A model generated the notes under the pieces. It worked only from the letters and a program-made list of their open reading frames with translations. It was not told where the DNA came from and ran no database searches. From a virus (Duplodnaviria; Caudoviricetes), in IMG/VR virus record IMGVR_UViG_3300048586_000467, positions 1 through 62,952 of that record: a DNA stretch of 62,952 nt; one strand, 5' to 3'. Position 1 is the stretch's first letter. Each line of letters opens with the position of its first letter. Shown here in pieces: positions 36,300 to 46,029 of this stretch. The translations under genes and the position numbers were made by a program.

Positions 36300-36760
36300 G
36301 ATTGGTGCTTTATCCTTGCCCACTGCAAATAAGCTGCCATTGGCTCCATGCCATACAGAGCGCGGCGTTCGTCGACATGGGCCTCATCAAGAATGGGGTG
36401 GTGATACTGCGTGCCGAAGATTTGAGGTTGCCCACTGTTCTTCAGTACGCGATCGATCAGATAGGCCAAGTTGCGCGGCTTTGCTTCTCGGTAGCAAACA
36501 GCAGCGTGAAGCATTCCCAGGCATTCGACTTGAAAATCAAGGTCATGGTCAGAATGCTGTGCAATGATCCATGCCGCGAATGATGCCTTTTCCCCAACCA
36601 GCGAAAATCCCGGCCAGCCGTGCTTAGCAAGGATGTCTTTGAGTCGCTCGGCATGTTGGTGGAATAGCGGCTCGTTATCATCCGTACGACCTTCAGCACA
36701 CGCAGCCTGGTCGTCGTCAAACATGCGTTGCAGCCTTCGGGCAAGCGCCTTGTTGAGCAT
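36296..36760 (-). CDS. DUF6624-like protein
   Basis: HGWPG.SLVG…AWIIAQHSD…AYLIDRV…PQIFGTQ. Confidence 0.75.
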   Translation of the reverse strand: MLNKALARRLQRMFDDDQAACAEGRTDDNEPLFHQHAERLKDILAKHGWPGFSLVGEKASFAAWIIAQHSDHDLDFQVECLGMLHAAVCYREAKPRNLAYLIDRVLKNSGQPQIFGTQYHHPILDEAHVDERRALYGMEPMAAYLQWARIKHQS

Positions 36761-37053
36761 CAGCCGCCCCTTTGTCCAGCACGTTTCGCTTCGATCTGAC
36801 TGAGGATCGCACCAGCGATCACCTCGTCATCCGTGCCATACGGGTTGTCCGGCGCCGCTTTGATTGCGTCGAGCGCGTCCTCGACCTTCTGCATGGCTCG
36901 ACGATTGACGTCGTTCATCTGCTCCGGCTGAAGGAAATATTCCAAAGCTCCTCCAAAACCACGCCCTGCCGGAACCGCCTCAACGGCGATCATCTCAATC
37001 AGCAGCTTTTTGACGTTCGGTCCCATCGGTTGCCCGTCCATATAGCGACCCAC
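36760..37053 (-). CDS. Hypothetical protein
   Basis: GGGAGG RBS before GTG, coupled. Confidence 0.6.
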   Translation of the reverse strand: MGRYMDGQPMGPNVKKLLIEMIAVEAVPAGRGFGGALEYFLQPEQMNDVNRRAMQKVEDALDAIKAAPDNPYGTDDEVIAGAILSQIEAKRAGQRGG

Positions 37054-37054
37054 G

Positions 37055-37471
37055 TTACAGCCTCCCCCTTGTGAGTCGGCACTGGTCCAACGCCTTGATG
37101 ACCGCTTCAGTGATCTTCTGGCTGCCAATCTCCAGCAAGGTCACTTCGCGTTGAGCAAGACGCTCGATTTCGCGTAGATAGTGGGATGGAACGCGGCGGA
37201 CATGATCCAGCGGCGGACGATAATCCCCCAACCCGGCCCACAGTTCCGTCTTCACGCGCGCGCCGTGACGGTCGTTATATGTCCAACCCCGGCAGACCGT
37301 TCGCACCCACTCACCTTTGAACAGGACTTCGATAGGCTCCCCCACCTCGACGTTGACGCCATACTCAGGCGAATATGTCAGCGGGTAGAGCGTCTCGCCG
37401 CCTTCCACAGGTGTCCGTCCAGTGTCAGGATCGACCGGACCAAGCTCACCGATATGCACGATGCACCTCAA
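37055..37471 (-). CDS. Hypothetical protein
   Basis: Operon context. Confidence 0.55.
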   Translation of the reverse strand: MRCIVHIGELGPVDPDTGRTPVEGGETLYPLTYSPEYGVNVEVGEPIEVLFKGEWVRTVCRGWTYNDRHGARVKTELWAGLGDYRPPLDHVRRVPSHYLREIERLAQREVTLLEIGSQKITEAVIKALDQCRLTRGRL

Positions 37472-37788
37472 TTCAACTCAGGCCGGACGCCGAGCGGCGG
37501 GGCCAGAAATAGACGATGATGGATGACCGCGCCCGGTCGACGGTTGCGCAGGTCGATCCCCAGTGGGCGCGCTGGGCCGCGCATGGCGGTAATGAGAGCC
37601 GGGTCGTAGCTCGGCTCAGCGTGGCGGGATGGGGTCACCGGTACAGGCTTCAGCAGCGGCGCCGGCGCGATCATGGTTACGGGCACTTCGCGACGTCGTC
37701 GGGGCGTGACGACCACCGGCTCGAAGAAGCTCAGCAGGTAGCGAACGAAACAGCTTATATGAATTCTTAGGGTGTAAAGAAAAGTCAT
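37468..37788 (-). CDS. Hypothetical Pro/Arg-rich protein (start uncertain)
   Basis: Fills operon gap; annotated ATG lies inside site D. Confidence 0.4.
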   Translation of the reverse strand: MTFLYTLRIHISCFVRYLLSFFEPVVVTPRRRREVPVTMIAPAPLLKPVPVTPSRHAEPSYDPALITAMRGPARPLGIDLRNRRPGAVIHHRLFLAPPLGVRPELN

Positions 37789-37801
37789 GTTTTAACCCTA
37801 A
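37767..37801. promoter_or_regulatory. TTAGGG-N23-CCCTAA site D
   Basis: Contains the TAG stop of 37798-38301(-). Confidence 0.75.
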
Positions 37802-38301
37802 TAATCGCCGAAGGACGGCTTCGGCGGGTTGACGAGATCGGGGTGGCGCCCAGCCCACTCAATCCAGGCGCAGGCAATCGCCATCGCCTTCTGCTCTAAC
37901 GACCACCAGCGCGACGGCTCGCTTACCAGCAGGTACGCCCCATCGAAGGACGCCACGCAGCCCTGTTGAGGTCGGCAGACGAGCGCGAAATCGTGATACC
38001 GCTCGATCAGGCTAAGGGCGCGCTGCTCATCGCCTGCCCAGTCATGAACGTCGGCCCACGCCTCAGCTTCGGTCTTGCGCTCGCCCGCATGCCATCCGCG
38101 CTTGATCTCCTCGCCGTAGCGGCTGCCGGTGTAGCTCTCCCAGACCGGATTGCCCAGACCGTCCCACAGCTGGTAGTAGCAGTTCGCCTCATGGTCCTTG
38201 TCGTAGTGATAGACGTGGAAGCCCTTCAGGTCAGCAATCGCCCGATTGATTTGTGCGGGCGCTTCCCGGCTCTCCAGATCAATGGTGTCCAGTATTCCCA
38301 T
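37798..38301 (-). CDS. Hypothetical protein
   Basis: GAGGTG RBS, Trp-rich. Confidence 0.65.
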   Translation of the reverse strand: MGILDTIDLESREAPAQINRAIADLKGFHVYHYDKDHEANCYYQLWDGLGNPVWESYTGSRYGEEIKRGWHAGERKTEAEAWADVHDWAGDEQRALSLIERYHDFALVCRPQQGCVASFDGAYLLVSEPSRWWSLEQKAMAIACAWIEWAGRHPDLVNPPKPSFGDY

Positions 38302-38332
38302 GTGCGCACCTCTGGAACCTAATACGAATGAG

Positions 38333-39097
38333 TTACGGCAGGATTGCCATCTCGACCACGGCGCTGAGGTCCCGATGTCGGATCACGTGATGCGTCTGGC
38401 GCTCCGGCATGAACACCAGATACATCCGCGACTGGGGGTGTTGCCCGACGAGCACACCAGGGCCGGAGATTGCTGGACCGGGCGTGATGAAGTGGTCGGG
38501 CTGCTCGACGACGCCAGTGGGCATCTGGTCAAAGACAATCGTCTCGCCATGCCGATGGAACGTGGTATGAAAGACCAAGTCCGGCAGCGGAACGCCAGTC
38601 GGAATATAGAACGTAGCGTCAAGCGATGGTGTCCGCTGCTCGCCGGTGTCGAACTCCGGCACCGGGTCGATGTCCCGTGACACGAGCGCACCGACGCCAC
38701 CCTGAAACGTGATGGTAGTCGACACAGCGACGAACTCGCTGTACATCTCCACAATAGCGGGCTGGCTCTCGCACAACCGGACCAGCTCACGCAGGTCGGG
38801 CGGATCCTGGTCCTGCATAAAGTCACCGCGCCAGGTGCGAACAACCTCACCGTTCTGGATCATGCGCATCAGCCAGCGCTGCTTATCCGTCCAGGGGCGG
38901 GACTCCCGCTGAATGCGTTCCGTCTTCAGCAGTGCCAAGCACTCGCGGCATGTCGGGGCAGCCTGTGTGATCGGTCCGACGTCACGGCTAAGTCGACGAC
39001 CGCAGGCCGTGTGATAGATTGAGCCGCGGGCTTCGACGCGCAGCACATGCCCATCGACGCAGCGGACAATCGGGAGCGTGGCTGTCTCAGTCGTCAT
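38333..39097 (-). CDS. Hypothetical protein with N-terminal Cys/His zinc motif
   Basis: GH…TACG…TCREC; overlaps the stop of the ParB-like gene. Confidence 0.6.
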   Translation of the reverse strand: MTTETATLPIVRCVDGHVLRVEARGSIYHTACGRRLSRDVGPITQAAPTCRECLALLKTERIQRESRPWTDKQRWLMRMIQNGEVVRTWRGDFMQDQDPPDLRELVRLCESQPAIVEMYSEFVAVSTTITFQGGVGALVSRDIDPVPEFDTGEQRTPSLDATFYIPTGVPLPDLVFHTTFHRHGETIVFDQMPTGVVEQPDHFITPGPAISGPGVLVGQHPQSRMYLVFMPERQTHHVIRHRDLSAVVEMAILP

Positions 39098-39740
39098 GAA
39101 GATGCTCCAGATAGAACCGGCAGACTTCAAGGACCGCCTGCCCGCGATTGTTGATACCGGTCGCCCGCAGCGCCTGCTCGAACAGCGCCACCTCATCGAC
39201 GTAGAGCACCGGCTTGATCTGCTTCTGCCGGTCGCCGGTCAGCCGCGCTGATGAGCCGCTGTCGCCGTCAACTTTATCGTTGACCAGCTGCGCGACTTCG
39301 AGATCGGCGAGCAGGTCGTCCAGCTCGTCGGCCCGGAACAGGTCGGACAGATCCACCCCGTTCTCGATATCCTGCGCCACCTGTTCGGCATTCCAGGTCA
39401 GCGACAGTTCACCCGCCCGATTGTCGGCATACGCCAGTTTGCGAGCGCGGTCGTCCGCCTCATCGTCGAGCCGCAGGTCTGTACGTTTTACGACCACCAC
39501 GGCGCGCCCGTCGGTCTCGACTTCGATTACCTCATCAATGCCGGCAGCCCGTGCGCCCTTCAGCGCCTGGTTGCCCGCGATCAGCGTGCCGTCGGCGTCC
39601 GCCAGCAGCGACCGCCCCGCCCCGTTCTGTGCGAAGCTCTGTTCAATCGCCTGCTGCCCGCGTGGGCTGCTCTGATTTGCGTTATGCGGGTCGGGTCGAT
39701 AGTCTTCGAGCTTCCGCCGCGTGACCTTCACTTGTCCCAT
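39087..39740 (-). CDS. ParB/sulfiredoxin N-terminal-like protein
   Basis: PDPHNAN…GAGRSLL…LIAGN…ADNR. Confidence 0.75.
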   Translation of the reverse strand: MGQVKVTRRKLEDYRPDPHNANQSSPRGQQAIEQSFAQNGAGRSLLADADGTLIAGNQALKGARAAGIDEVIEVETDGRAVVVVKRTDLRLDDEADDRARKLAYADNRAGELSLTWNAEQVAQDIENGVDLSDLFRADELDDLLADLEVAQLVNDKVDGDSGSSARLTGDRQKQIKPVLYVDEVALFEQALRATGINNRGQAVLEVCRFYLEHLHDD

Positions 39741-39787
39741 AAGCGCCCCTTGTGCAATAAGAGCATTAAGACAGGATTGTTGGCGAC

Positions 39788-39816
39788 AGTATAGCACAAA
39801 GGTTCTATGCTTAGAA
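39788..39816 (-). promoter_or_regulatory. Promoter with LexA-like box
   Basis: TTCTAA-17-(TG)TATACT; TAGAAC-CTTT-GTGCTA overlaps the -10. Confidence 0.6.
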
Positions 39817-39854
39817 TAATATCGCTGGAATGCTCACCCCTCACAATTTGGGGG

Positions 39855-39883
39855 TTGAGAAAACATATACGCTATGTTATAAT
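39855..39883 (+). promoter_or_regulatory. Strong sigma70-type promoter
   Basis: TTGAGA-17-(TG)TATAAT with AGAAAACATATA overlapping the -35 and spacer. Confidence 0.75.
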
Positions 39884-39889
39884 ATAGAT

Positions 39890-40087
39890 AGTTGAGTGAC
39901 CGAGCGCGAGGGAGCGCGCCGGGACAACCGAAGACAAGGCCCAGACCGGGCGCAGCAAGGGACGGCTACTAAACGCGGAAACGCGGCTGGCGGACACGCA
40001 CCCCCTGCGTAGGTGCCGGGTTGCAGCCTTGTCAGCCTACAGGACGGCTTACGGTTAGCCGGGTGCTACTAGCACAAACATTCTCAA
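39890..40087 (+). ncRNA. Candidate ~200-nt structured ncRNA
   Basis: No ORF with RBS; nested stems GACAAGGC/GCCTTGTC, CGCG-GAAA-CGCG, GCACC/GGTGC, CGGCT/AGCCG, GTGCT/AGCAC, closing TTGAG/CTCAA. Confidence 0.5.
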
Positions 40088-40238
40088 TAATTAAGCTCTC
40101 AACACTTCATTATATATCTCAATACTAGCTTTACACTTAAAACATATATCATATGCTATACTATAGATGTCCTGCGGGGGATAAAGGGGGCCTATCGGCC
40201 CCGACCCGGGACCTAGCAGCCACAAAGGAGCAAACACC

Positions 40239-40733
40239 GTGGCAACCAAAAAACTGAACCAGCACGTAATGACGAAGGCGTTTCGCATGGGCTTGATTGC
40301 CTTGTACGGCGAAGTGCTCATGAAGGCAGGCGTGAGCCTGGCGGATGAGGACATTAAGCCGCACATCAACAGCAGCGCGACGGTGAAGCTGACGGACGCC
40401 CAGCTTGACAAGCTGCGTAAGGCCAACGTTCCCGGTTTCGTGGAACTGTCGGCCCACGGCAACAGCGGGGCCATCACCATCCACTGTGAGAAGGCGCGGC
40501 TGTTTCTGATGGACAACCGCCCGACCCTCACCCCTGAGGAACGGGAAGCCCGGACACGCGGCAAGGGGACGGGGCCGAACGTCGGCACGAAGGAAGAGCA
40601 GGAAGCGCGCCGCATCGCTCGTGAAGAACTGAACCGGCAGCTTGCGGAGGCCTACGGTATTCAGTTCGGCAAGCCGAGCGATGCGGACGATGTCGAGGCC
40701 GAGGAAGACGACGACGACACGGACGAAGCGTAA
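40239..40733 (+). CDS. Hypothetical protein with acidic tail
   Basis: AAGGAG RBS, upstream TGcTATACT, downstream GC hairpin. Confidence 0.75.
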   Translation: MATKKLNQHVMTKAFRMGLIALYGEVLMKAGVSLADEDIKPHINSSATVKLTDAQLDKLRKANVPGFVELSAHGNSGAITIHCEKARLFLMDNRPTLTPEEREARTRGKGTGPNVGTKEEQEARRIAREELNRQLAEAYGIQFGKPSDADDVEAEEDDDDTDEA

Positions 40734-40790
40734 CACCAGCATGGCGGCGGGGCAAGCCACGGCCTGCCCCGCCCCACTGGATACCCGCTG

Positions 40791-41072
40791 ATGGCCCGAC
40801 CGTTACCAACCTACGCCGAAGCGCTGCTGCAATCGTTACTGCGCAGCGCGGAACTGACCACCGAAACGGACAGCGACCGCACCAGCATGAGCAGCATCCG
40901 CGCCCACTACCTCAGCGAACTGATTCACCACCTGATTCAGATGCTGGTGTCGCGCGGCTATGACGTGGGCGCGCTGGTTGCAGCACTGGACGAGAACGCC
41001 CAGCGCTGGCGACCGCTGGCGGATGACACGCCGCCGAAGCCGACCGGACTACGGCGCTTCCTGAAACGTTAG
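40791..41072 (+). CDS. Hypothetical protein
   Basis: Co-oriented ORF with plausible composition. Confidence 0.55.
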   Translation: MARPLPTYAEALLQSLLRSAELTTETDSDRTSMSSIRAHYLSELIHHLIQMLVSRGYDVGALVAALDENAQRWRPLADDTPPKPTGLRRFLKR

Positions 41073-41373
41073 ACGGATGAGCAGGGCCGCTCGTGGCGAG
41101 GGCGGGCGGCCCCATCGGCGCGAAAATTTCTACGGGCGGGATTGAATTGCACGACGATGGGCGGCTGCTTCAAAACGCCCTTCCTTTTTCGTTGCTCAAT
41201 TTTCCTGTTGTCATGATGTACAATATATGCTATGATCTCATCACATTCACACCACGACGCAGCATCCCGCGTCACCCATCGGGCGCAGCCAGGACAGGGC
41301 ATGAAACCGCCAAACCTGCGCAAAACCGCAAGAAACGTGCGATTCCGACCGCAGCCACAGGACAACATGAGAC

Positions 41374-42225
41374 ATGGTAGCCGCAATTGCTCTTGACTAT
41401 ACGAATGACATAAGCGCGGTGATTGACTGGTCCGCCGGGAAGGTGTTTACGACCGGCACGGCGCCGCGCGAGCAGGCACGGAAGAAGTATCCGGTGACCT
41501 GCGCCTGTGGGCAGGTCCGCTGGCTAACCGCTTCCGACGCACGTCGGGCCGGGGACTGCTTCCGCTGTGCGCAGCGCCGGAAGGCCGCAATGGGGTATGA
41601 GGCGATGGTGGCGCGTTATGGCGAGAAGTGGGCCGTGCACCATCTCCAGGCCTATCGACTGGAACATCCGTCGTCACTCGAGCAGGCGGTGATGCTGACC
41701 TTGAGCGACCTGCACGTGAGCTATCGCCGTGAGGTATGGCTGGCGACGAAGGCCAGCGGGCGCAAGCAGCGCGTGTATCTGGTCGACTTCATAGTGACAG
41801 TGCGCGGGATTGACTATGCGATTGAGGTCAACGGCGAGTGGGCGCACCGCCACCATGCGCGGCGCGATCAATTGAAGCTGCGCCTGCTGCGTCGACGAGG
41901 TTATCCGGTACTGGTGCTGACGGAAGCGGATATCCGCGCTGGTCGCACCGAGTCGCTGCTGAAGGCTTTTCTCGATCTCGACATCCCGGGTCAGATGGTG
42001 CCAAAGCGCGGCTGTTACATCAAACGCGGGGATGTCGTCTCGCCTCGACCGGGAGAGGCCTATCGTGTCCTGCACATTGAGGAAGACGGGCCGCTGACCT
42101 GTGAGGGTGTCTGGCTCGATCTGCGCGCCCCAGCTGACTTGCCGCCCTGGCGACACAAGTCGCGCTTCAACCTTCATCAGCTCAAGTGGTACACCACATT
42201 CGAACAAGGAGTCGCTCATGTTTAA
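41374..42225 (+). CDS. Zn-ribbon plus DUF559/Vsr-like PD-(D/E)xK endonuclease
   Basis: CACG…CFRC; YLVDF…AIEVNG…H…RD…GYPVL; upstream promoter TTGTCA-17-TATGAT. Confidence 0.75.
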   Translation: MVAAIALDYTNDISAVIDWSAGKVFTTGTAPREQARKKYPVTCACGQVRWLTASDARRAGDCFRCAQRRKAAMGYEAMVARYGEKWAVHHLQAYRLEHPSSLEQAVMLTLSDLHVSYRREVWLATKASGRKQRVYLVDFIVTVRGIDYAIEVNGEWAHRHHARRDQLKLRLLRRRGYPVLVLTEADIRAGRTESLLKAFLDLDIPGQMVPKRGCYIKRGDVVSPRPGEAYRVLHIEEDGPLTCEGVWLDLRAPADLPPWRHKSRFNLHQLKWYTTFEQGVAHV

Positions 42226-44239
42226 GCCATCGGCCTATCAAAGTGCCATCTTCGACTGGATTGAGAACGGGCGCGGCGACGGGATCGTGATCGCCGTCGC
42301 TGGCAGCGGCAAGACGACGACGCTCGTCCAGGCCGCGCACCGTATCAAGGTGTCGAGCGTCTTCCTGGCCTTCAACAAACACATCGCTGAGGAACTGGGC
42401 AAACGCCTGAGCGGGACCGGCATGGTGGCAAAGACCTTCCATAGCATCGGCAATGGACTGGTCACGAAGCACCTGGGCCGGATCCGCATCGACGATAAGA
42501 AGTATCGCAAGCTGGTCCGCACCCACTTCGACGGGGTGGTGCTGCCCAAGGATGTGCGTCAGGACATCATCAGCACGGCCTCGAAGCTGGTCGACCTGGC
42601 GCGCGTGACGATGACGGACATTCGCGACAAACAGGCGCTGCGTGACCTCTGCAACCATCACAGCCTGACGCCGTTCCCTGAAGCCATCGATGCGGTGTAT
42701 CCCGTGGTCGTCAAGGGCATCAGCCATGCGCAGACGCATCGGGAGATCGACTTCACTGACATGATCTACCTGCCCCTGATCTGGGGCCTGCAACCCGCCA
42801 AGATGCAGTTCGTGCTCGTCGACGAATGCCAGGACCTGAACGCGATGCAGCTGAGGCTTGCGCTGTCGATGCGCGCCGACGGTGGCCGGATGCTCTTCGT
42901 CGGCGATGAAAAACAGGCGATCTACGGGTTTGCCGGCGCCGACGCCGAGAGCTTCCGCCGCATCAAACAGGTGACGGGCGCGACCGAGCTGCCGTTGTCG
43001 ATCTGCTACCGCTGCCCGTCATCGCACCTTGACCTGGCCCGCGCCATCGTGCCACAGATCGAAGCGCGCCCGGATGCGCCCGTCGGCGAGATCATCTACG
43101 AGCCGAAGGACGACCGGCTGCATGAGATCGTGCAGGAAGGCGACCTCATCCTCTGCCGCCTGACCGCCCCGCTGGTGACGTGGTGCATCAAGCTCATTCA
43201 GAACCGTGTGGCCGCACGTGTGCGCGGGCGCGACATCGGGCGCGACCTGCTCGGCATCCTCGATAAGATCTACGAGAGCCGCCTGGGGCGCTTCGAGTAT
43301 GAGGATTTGCCAGCCTACCTGAAGAGCTACGAGACGGAGCAGATCAACTACCTGGTGCAGCGTGACGCGGACGAGAGCCAGATCCAGAGCGTCGCCGACC
43401 GGGTCGAGTGCCTTCAGGTCTGCTTCCGCAGCTTCGATGCCGCCAAGTCACTCCCCGCGCTGATGGACGCTATCGAAGGGTTGTTCAGCGACGAGCGCTC
43501 GGCGGTGTGGATGTCGACCATCCACAAGGCGAAGGGCCTGGAGAACAAGCGCGTGCTCATCCTGAAGCCGGACAAGCTGCCGCTCGTCTGGGAAGATCAG
43601 CAGCCGTGGCAGTTTGAGCAGGAGATGAACCTGAAGTATGTCGCGCTGACCCGGGCCACCGAGACGCTCATCATCATGGGCAAGGCGCCGACGCCACCTA
43701 CTGGCGGAACAACTGTTCCCGCGCCGGCACCGGTGGAAGTGCAGAAGCCGCTCTTTTCGGAAGGCTTCTACACTGGAGATCTGCCGGACCACCTACGCCC
43801 TGTGGAAGCGCTCTACGAGGCCATCCCCGAAAACGTGTCCATTGAGCAGATCGACGACATCTTCGACGAGGCCGAGCGGGAAGCCGCGCTGCGCGACGAG
43901 TTCCCTGACTACGACTGGGGCAGTACGCCGGCGCCGGTGCTGATCGTCAAGCCAGAACCGGATTACCTGGAGCTGGCCTACAGCGTCCCCTACCCCGTGG
44001 CCCAGCCCGATCCCGTCGAACCGCCACCCGCGCCGGTGGAAGCCTCGCGCTTCGAGCCGGACTTCTATCGCTGGTTGACCGCTGCGCTCGACCCGGCTGC
44101 GCTGGCCGATCTGGTCGAGGCCGCCAAGACCGATCACGCCTTCATGCCGGAACTGCGACCGCAGTTTGACCGGTTGCTGGAAGCCGCTGGCGCGCCGGTC
44201 AAAACCCCATCATTCGCTGATCGTTTATTCACCCACTAG
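42218..44239 (+). CDS. UvrD/Rep-like SF1 helicase
   Basis: AVAGSGKT, VDECQD, VGDEKQAIYGF, YRCP, STIHKAKGLE, YVALTRA. Confidence 0.92.
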   Translation: MFKPSAYQSAIFDWIENGRGDGIVIAVAGSGKTTTLVQAAHRIKVSSVFLAFNKHIAEELGKRLSGTGMVAKTFHSIGNGLVTKHLGRIRIDDKKYRKLVRTHFDGVVLPKDVRQDIISTASKLVDLARVTMTDIRDKQALRDLCNHHSLTPFPEAIDAVYPVVVKGISHAQTHREIDFTDMIYLPLIWGLQPAKMQFVLVDECQDLNAMQLRLALSMRADGGRMLFVGDEKQAIYGFAGADAESFRRIKQVTGATELPLSICYRCPSSHLDLARAIVPQIEARPDAPVGEIIYEPKDDRLHEIVQEGDLILCRLTAPLVTWCIKLIQNRVAARVRGRDIGRDLLGILDKIYESRLGRFEYEDLPAYLKSYETEQINYLVQRDADESQIQSVADRVECLQVCFRSFDAAKSLPALMDAIEGLFSDERSAVWMSTIHKAKGLENKRVLILKPDKLPLVWEDQQPWQFEQEMNLKYVALTRATETLIIMGKAPTPPTGGTTVPAPAPVEVQKPLFSEGFYTGDLPDHLRPVEALYEAIPENVSIEQIDDIFDEAEREAALRDEFPDYDWGSTPAPVLIVKPEPDYLELAYSVPYPVAQPDPVEPPPAPVEASRFEPDFYRWLTAALDPAALADLVEAAKTDHAFMPELRPQFDRLLEAAGAPVKTPSFADRLFTH

Positions 44240-44251
44240 AAAGGGTTTGCC

Positions 44252-44704
44252 ATGCAGCAGCACTATGTCTACCTCGCGGGGCCAATCAAGGGTCTGAGCT
44301 ATGCCGGAGCAACGGATTGGCGTGAGCATGTCGCCAACAGGCTCTTTAACAACCCGCGCATCCAAACGCTGTCCCCCATGCGCTATAAAGCCATCCTCGA
44401 AACAACGAAGGTGCTGCCCGACAGCAGCGAAAACGAAGCCCCCTTGCTCAGTGACAAGGGGGTGACGACACGCGACCGCTGGGACGTCATGCGGTCTGAC
44501 CTGGTGCTGATGAATCTGGCTGGCGCAAAGGCCGTCAGTATCGGCACGATGATCGAAGTGGGCTGGGCGGATGCGTTCCGTAAGCCCATTGTCGCCGTGA
44601 TGACGCCGGACGACATTCATTGGCATGGCATGGTGCGCCAGTGTGCCGGGTTCATCGTGCCGACGCTCAATGAGGCAATCGATATCGTTAACGCCTTGCT
44701 CTAG
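44252..44704 (+). CDS. Nucleoside 2-deoxyribosyltransferase-like protein
   Basis: YLAGPI…RD…SD…SIGTMIEVGWA. Confidence 0.8.
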   Translation: MQQHYVYLAGPIKGLSYAGATDWREHVANRLFNNPRIQTLSPMRYKAILETTKVLPDSSENEAPLLSDKGVTTRDRWDVMRSDLVLMNLAGAKAVSIGTMIEVGWADAFRKPIVAVMTPDDIHWHGMVRQCAGFIVPTLNEAIDIVNALL

Positions 44705-44741
44705 ACCGAAGATTAGGAGCCTGCGGGCTGTGGAGGTTTAT

Positions 44742-45140
44742 ATGAGCATTCAGTGGGTAGGGCAGCGCGGTCGTAATGACTGCTGGATTGCAGCGCTCGC
44801 AATGATTACTGAGCAATCCTATGACGCAGTGCTTGCGGAAGTAGTCGATCAAGGCTCTGGTGCTGACTGGTTCGTCAGTGATAGCTACCTTGAAGCGAAG
44901 GGATATGCGGTCGCCCGAAAGTTCGACAGCATCCCGCATTTAGGAGAGCGTCACCGGGAGCCGTGGCCCCCTGAGCCGTGGGCTGAGGTTCATATATGCA
45001 GCGTTCAAGCAAGCAATGGAGCAGGTCACGCCGTTGTTATGCTGCGGGACGGCTCGGTATTCGATCCCAACAGCCCGACACTTCGCCGTTTGACCGAATA
45101 CCCGAAAGTTTATGCTGTTGCGGCTGTAACGAAGCTGTAG
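44742..45140 (+). CDS. Papain-like (C39-type) cysteine peptidase domain protein
   Basis: Q-x5-C (QRGRNDC), GHAVV, FDP. Confidence 0.65.
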   Translation: MSIQWVGQRGRNDCWIAALAMITEQSYDAVLAEVVDQGSGADWFVSDSYLEAKGYAVARKFDSIPHLGERHREPWPPEPWAEVHICSVQASNGAGHAVVMLRDGSVFDPNSPTLRRLTEYPKVYAVAAVTKL

Positions 45141-45173
45141 GTAGCAAAGACGATATAGCGGGAGTTAGTAGCC

Positions 45174-45491
45174 ATGAGCAATATCAGCGACTTTGCCGCC
45201 GAGCGTAATCGCATTGCGGAAATGCTCTCCAGTATTGACGCCGCTTTCGACCGTAACACCGACAGTGGCAAAGCAGCGATCTTACGCGCAATTACCGGTA
45301 GTACCGAACCGCAATGGGAGATGGCTGCCATCTGTTCGTGTGGCTGGCGCGGAACGTTCAACGATATCGGCTTTATTCGTTTCGACAGCGGGCCGGATAG
45401 CTGGACGATGCACGCAGGGCGGCGCGGCTATCACTATCCCTGCCCTGATTGCGGCGAAATCATCTGGCGGTACTATCACACGATCAACTAA
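45174..45491 (+). CDS. Zn-finger hypothetical protein
   Basis: CSCGWRG…CPDCG. Confidence 0.65.
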   Translation: MSNISDFAAERNRIAEMLSSIDAAFDRNTDSGKAAILRAITGSTEPQWEMAAICSCGWRGTFNDIGFIRFDSGPDSWTMHAGRRGYHYPCPDCGEIIWRYYHTIN

Positions 45492-45521
45492 GACGACTAA
45501 AAAACGGGAGGAACATACAAG

Positions 45522-45899
45522 GTGAAACTGACAACGATCCAAATCGACAAGGCCGTCGCATGGTGGAGTGACGCATTGCGTGCGGGCGAATACGACAATG
45601 GAGATGCGAGCGGCGCTATTGTGGCTGCATGGCGCGATGCGACCGAGTCGACGCCGACAGATGAGCAGATTGAAGCATTCAAAACAGCGTTACGCGAGAC
45701 GCTTGAGCAAGCCGATATCCCATCAGGCCAGACCGTCGTGCATGTCGATTATGACCCGTCTCCATTGCTTGAGCAGGCAGTGAACGCCTCTGGCCTGAAC
45801 CCAATTTGGCTTCCTGTGAAAACACGAATGTGGTTTGACGAAGACGGCGAATCGGTATCCGTCCGATCTGGATACGGTCGCCCGCTACAGGCGCTGTAG
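45522..45899 (+). CDS. Hypothetical protein
   Basis: GGAGG RBS; AVAWW…VDYDP…LPVKT. Confidence 0.7.
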   Translation: MKLTTIQIDKAVAWWSDALRAGEYDNGDASGAIVAAWRDATESTPTDEQIEAFKTALRETLEQADIPSGQTVVHVDYDPSPLLEQAVNASGLNPIWLPVKTRMWFDEDGESVSVRSGYGRPLQAL

Positions 45900-46029
45900 C
45901 TACAAAGACGGATTAGGAGCTATGGGCAAGGCGCGCCTTGCCCCAGTGGAAGAAGGCGAAGCGATTGCTCAATGGTCAATCGTAGATCATAGTTAGCAGC
46001 ATCGTGGTCGATACCTAAGGTAACTCAAT

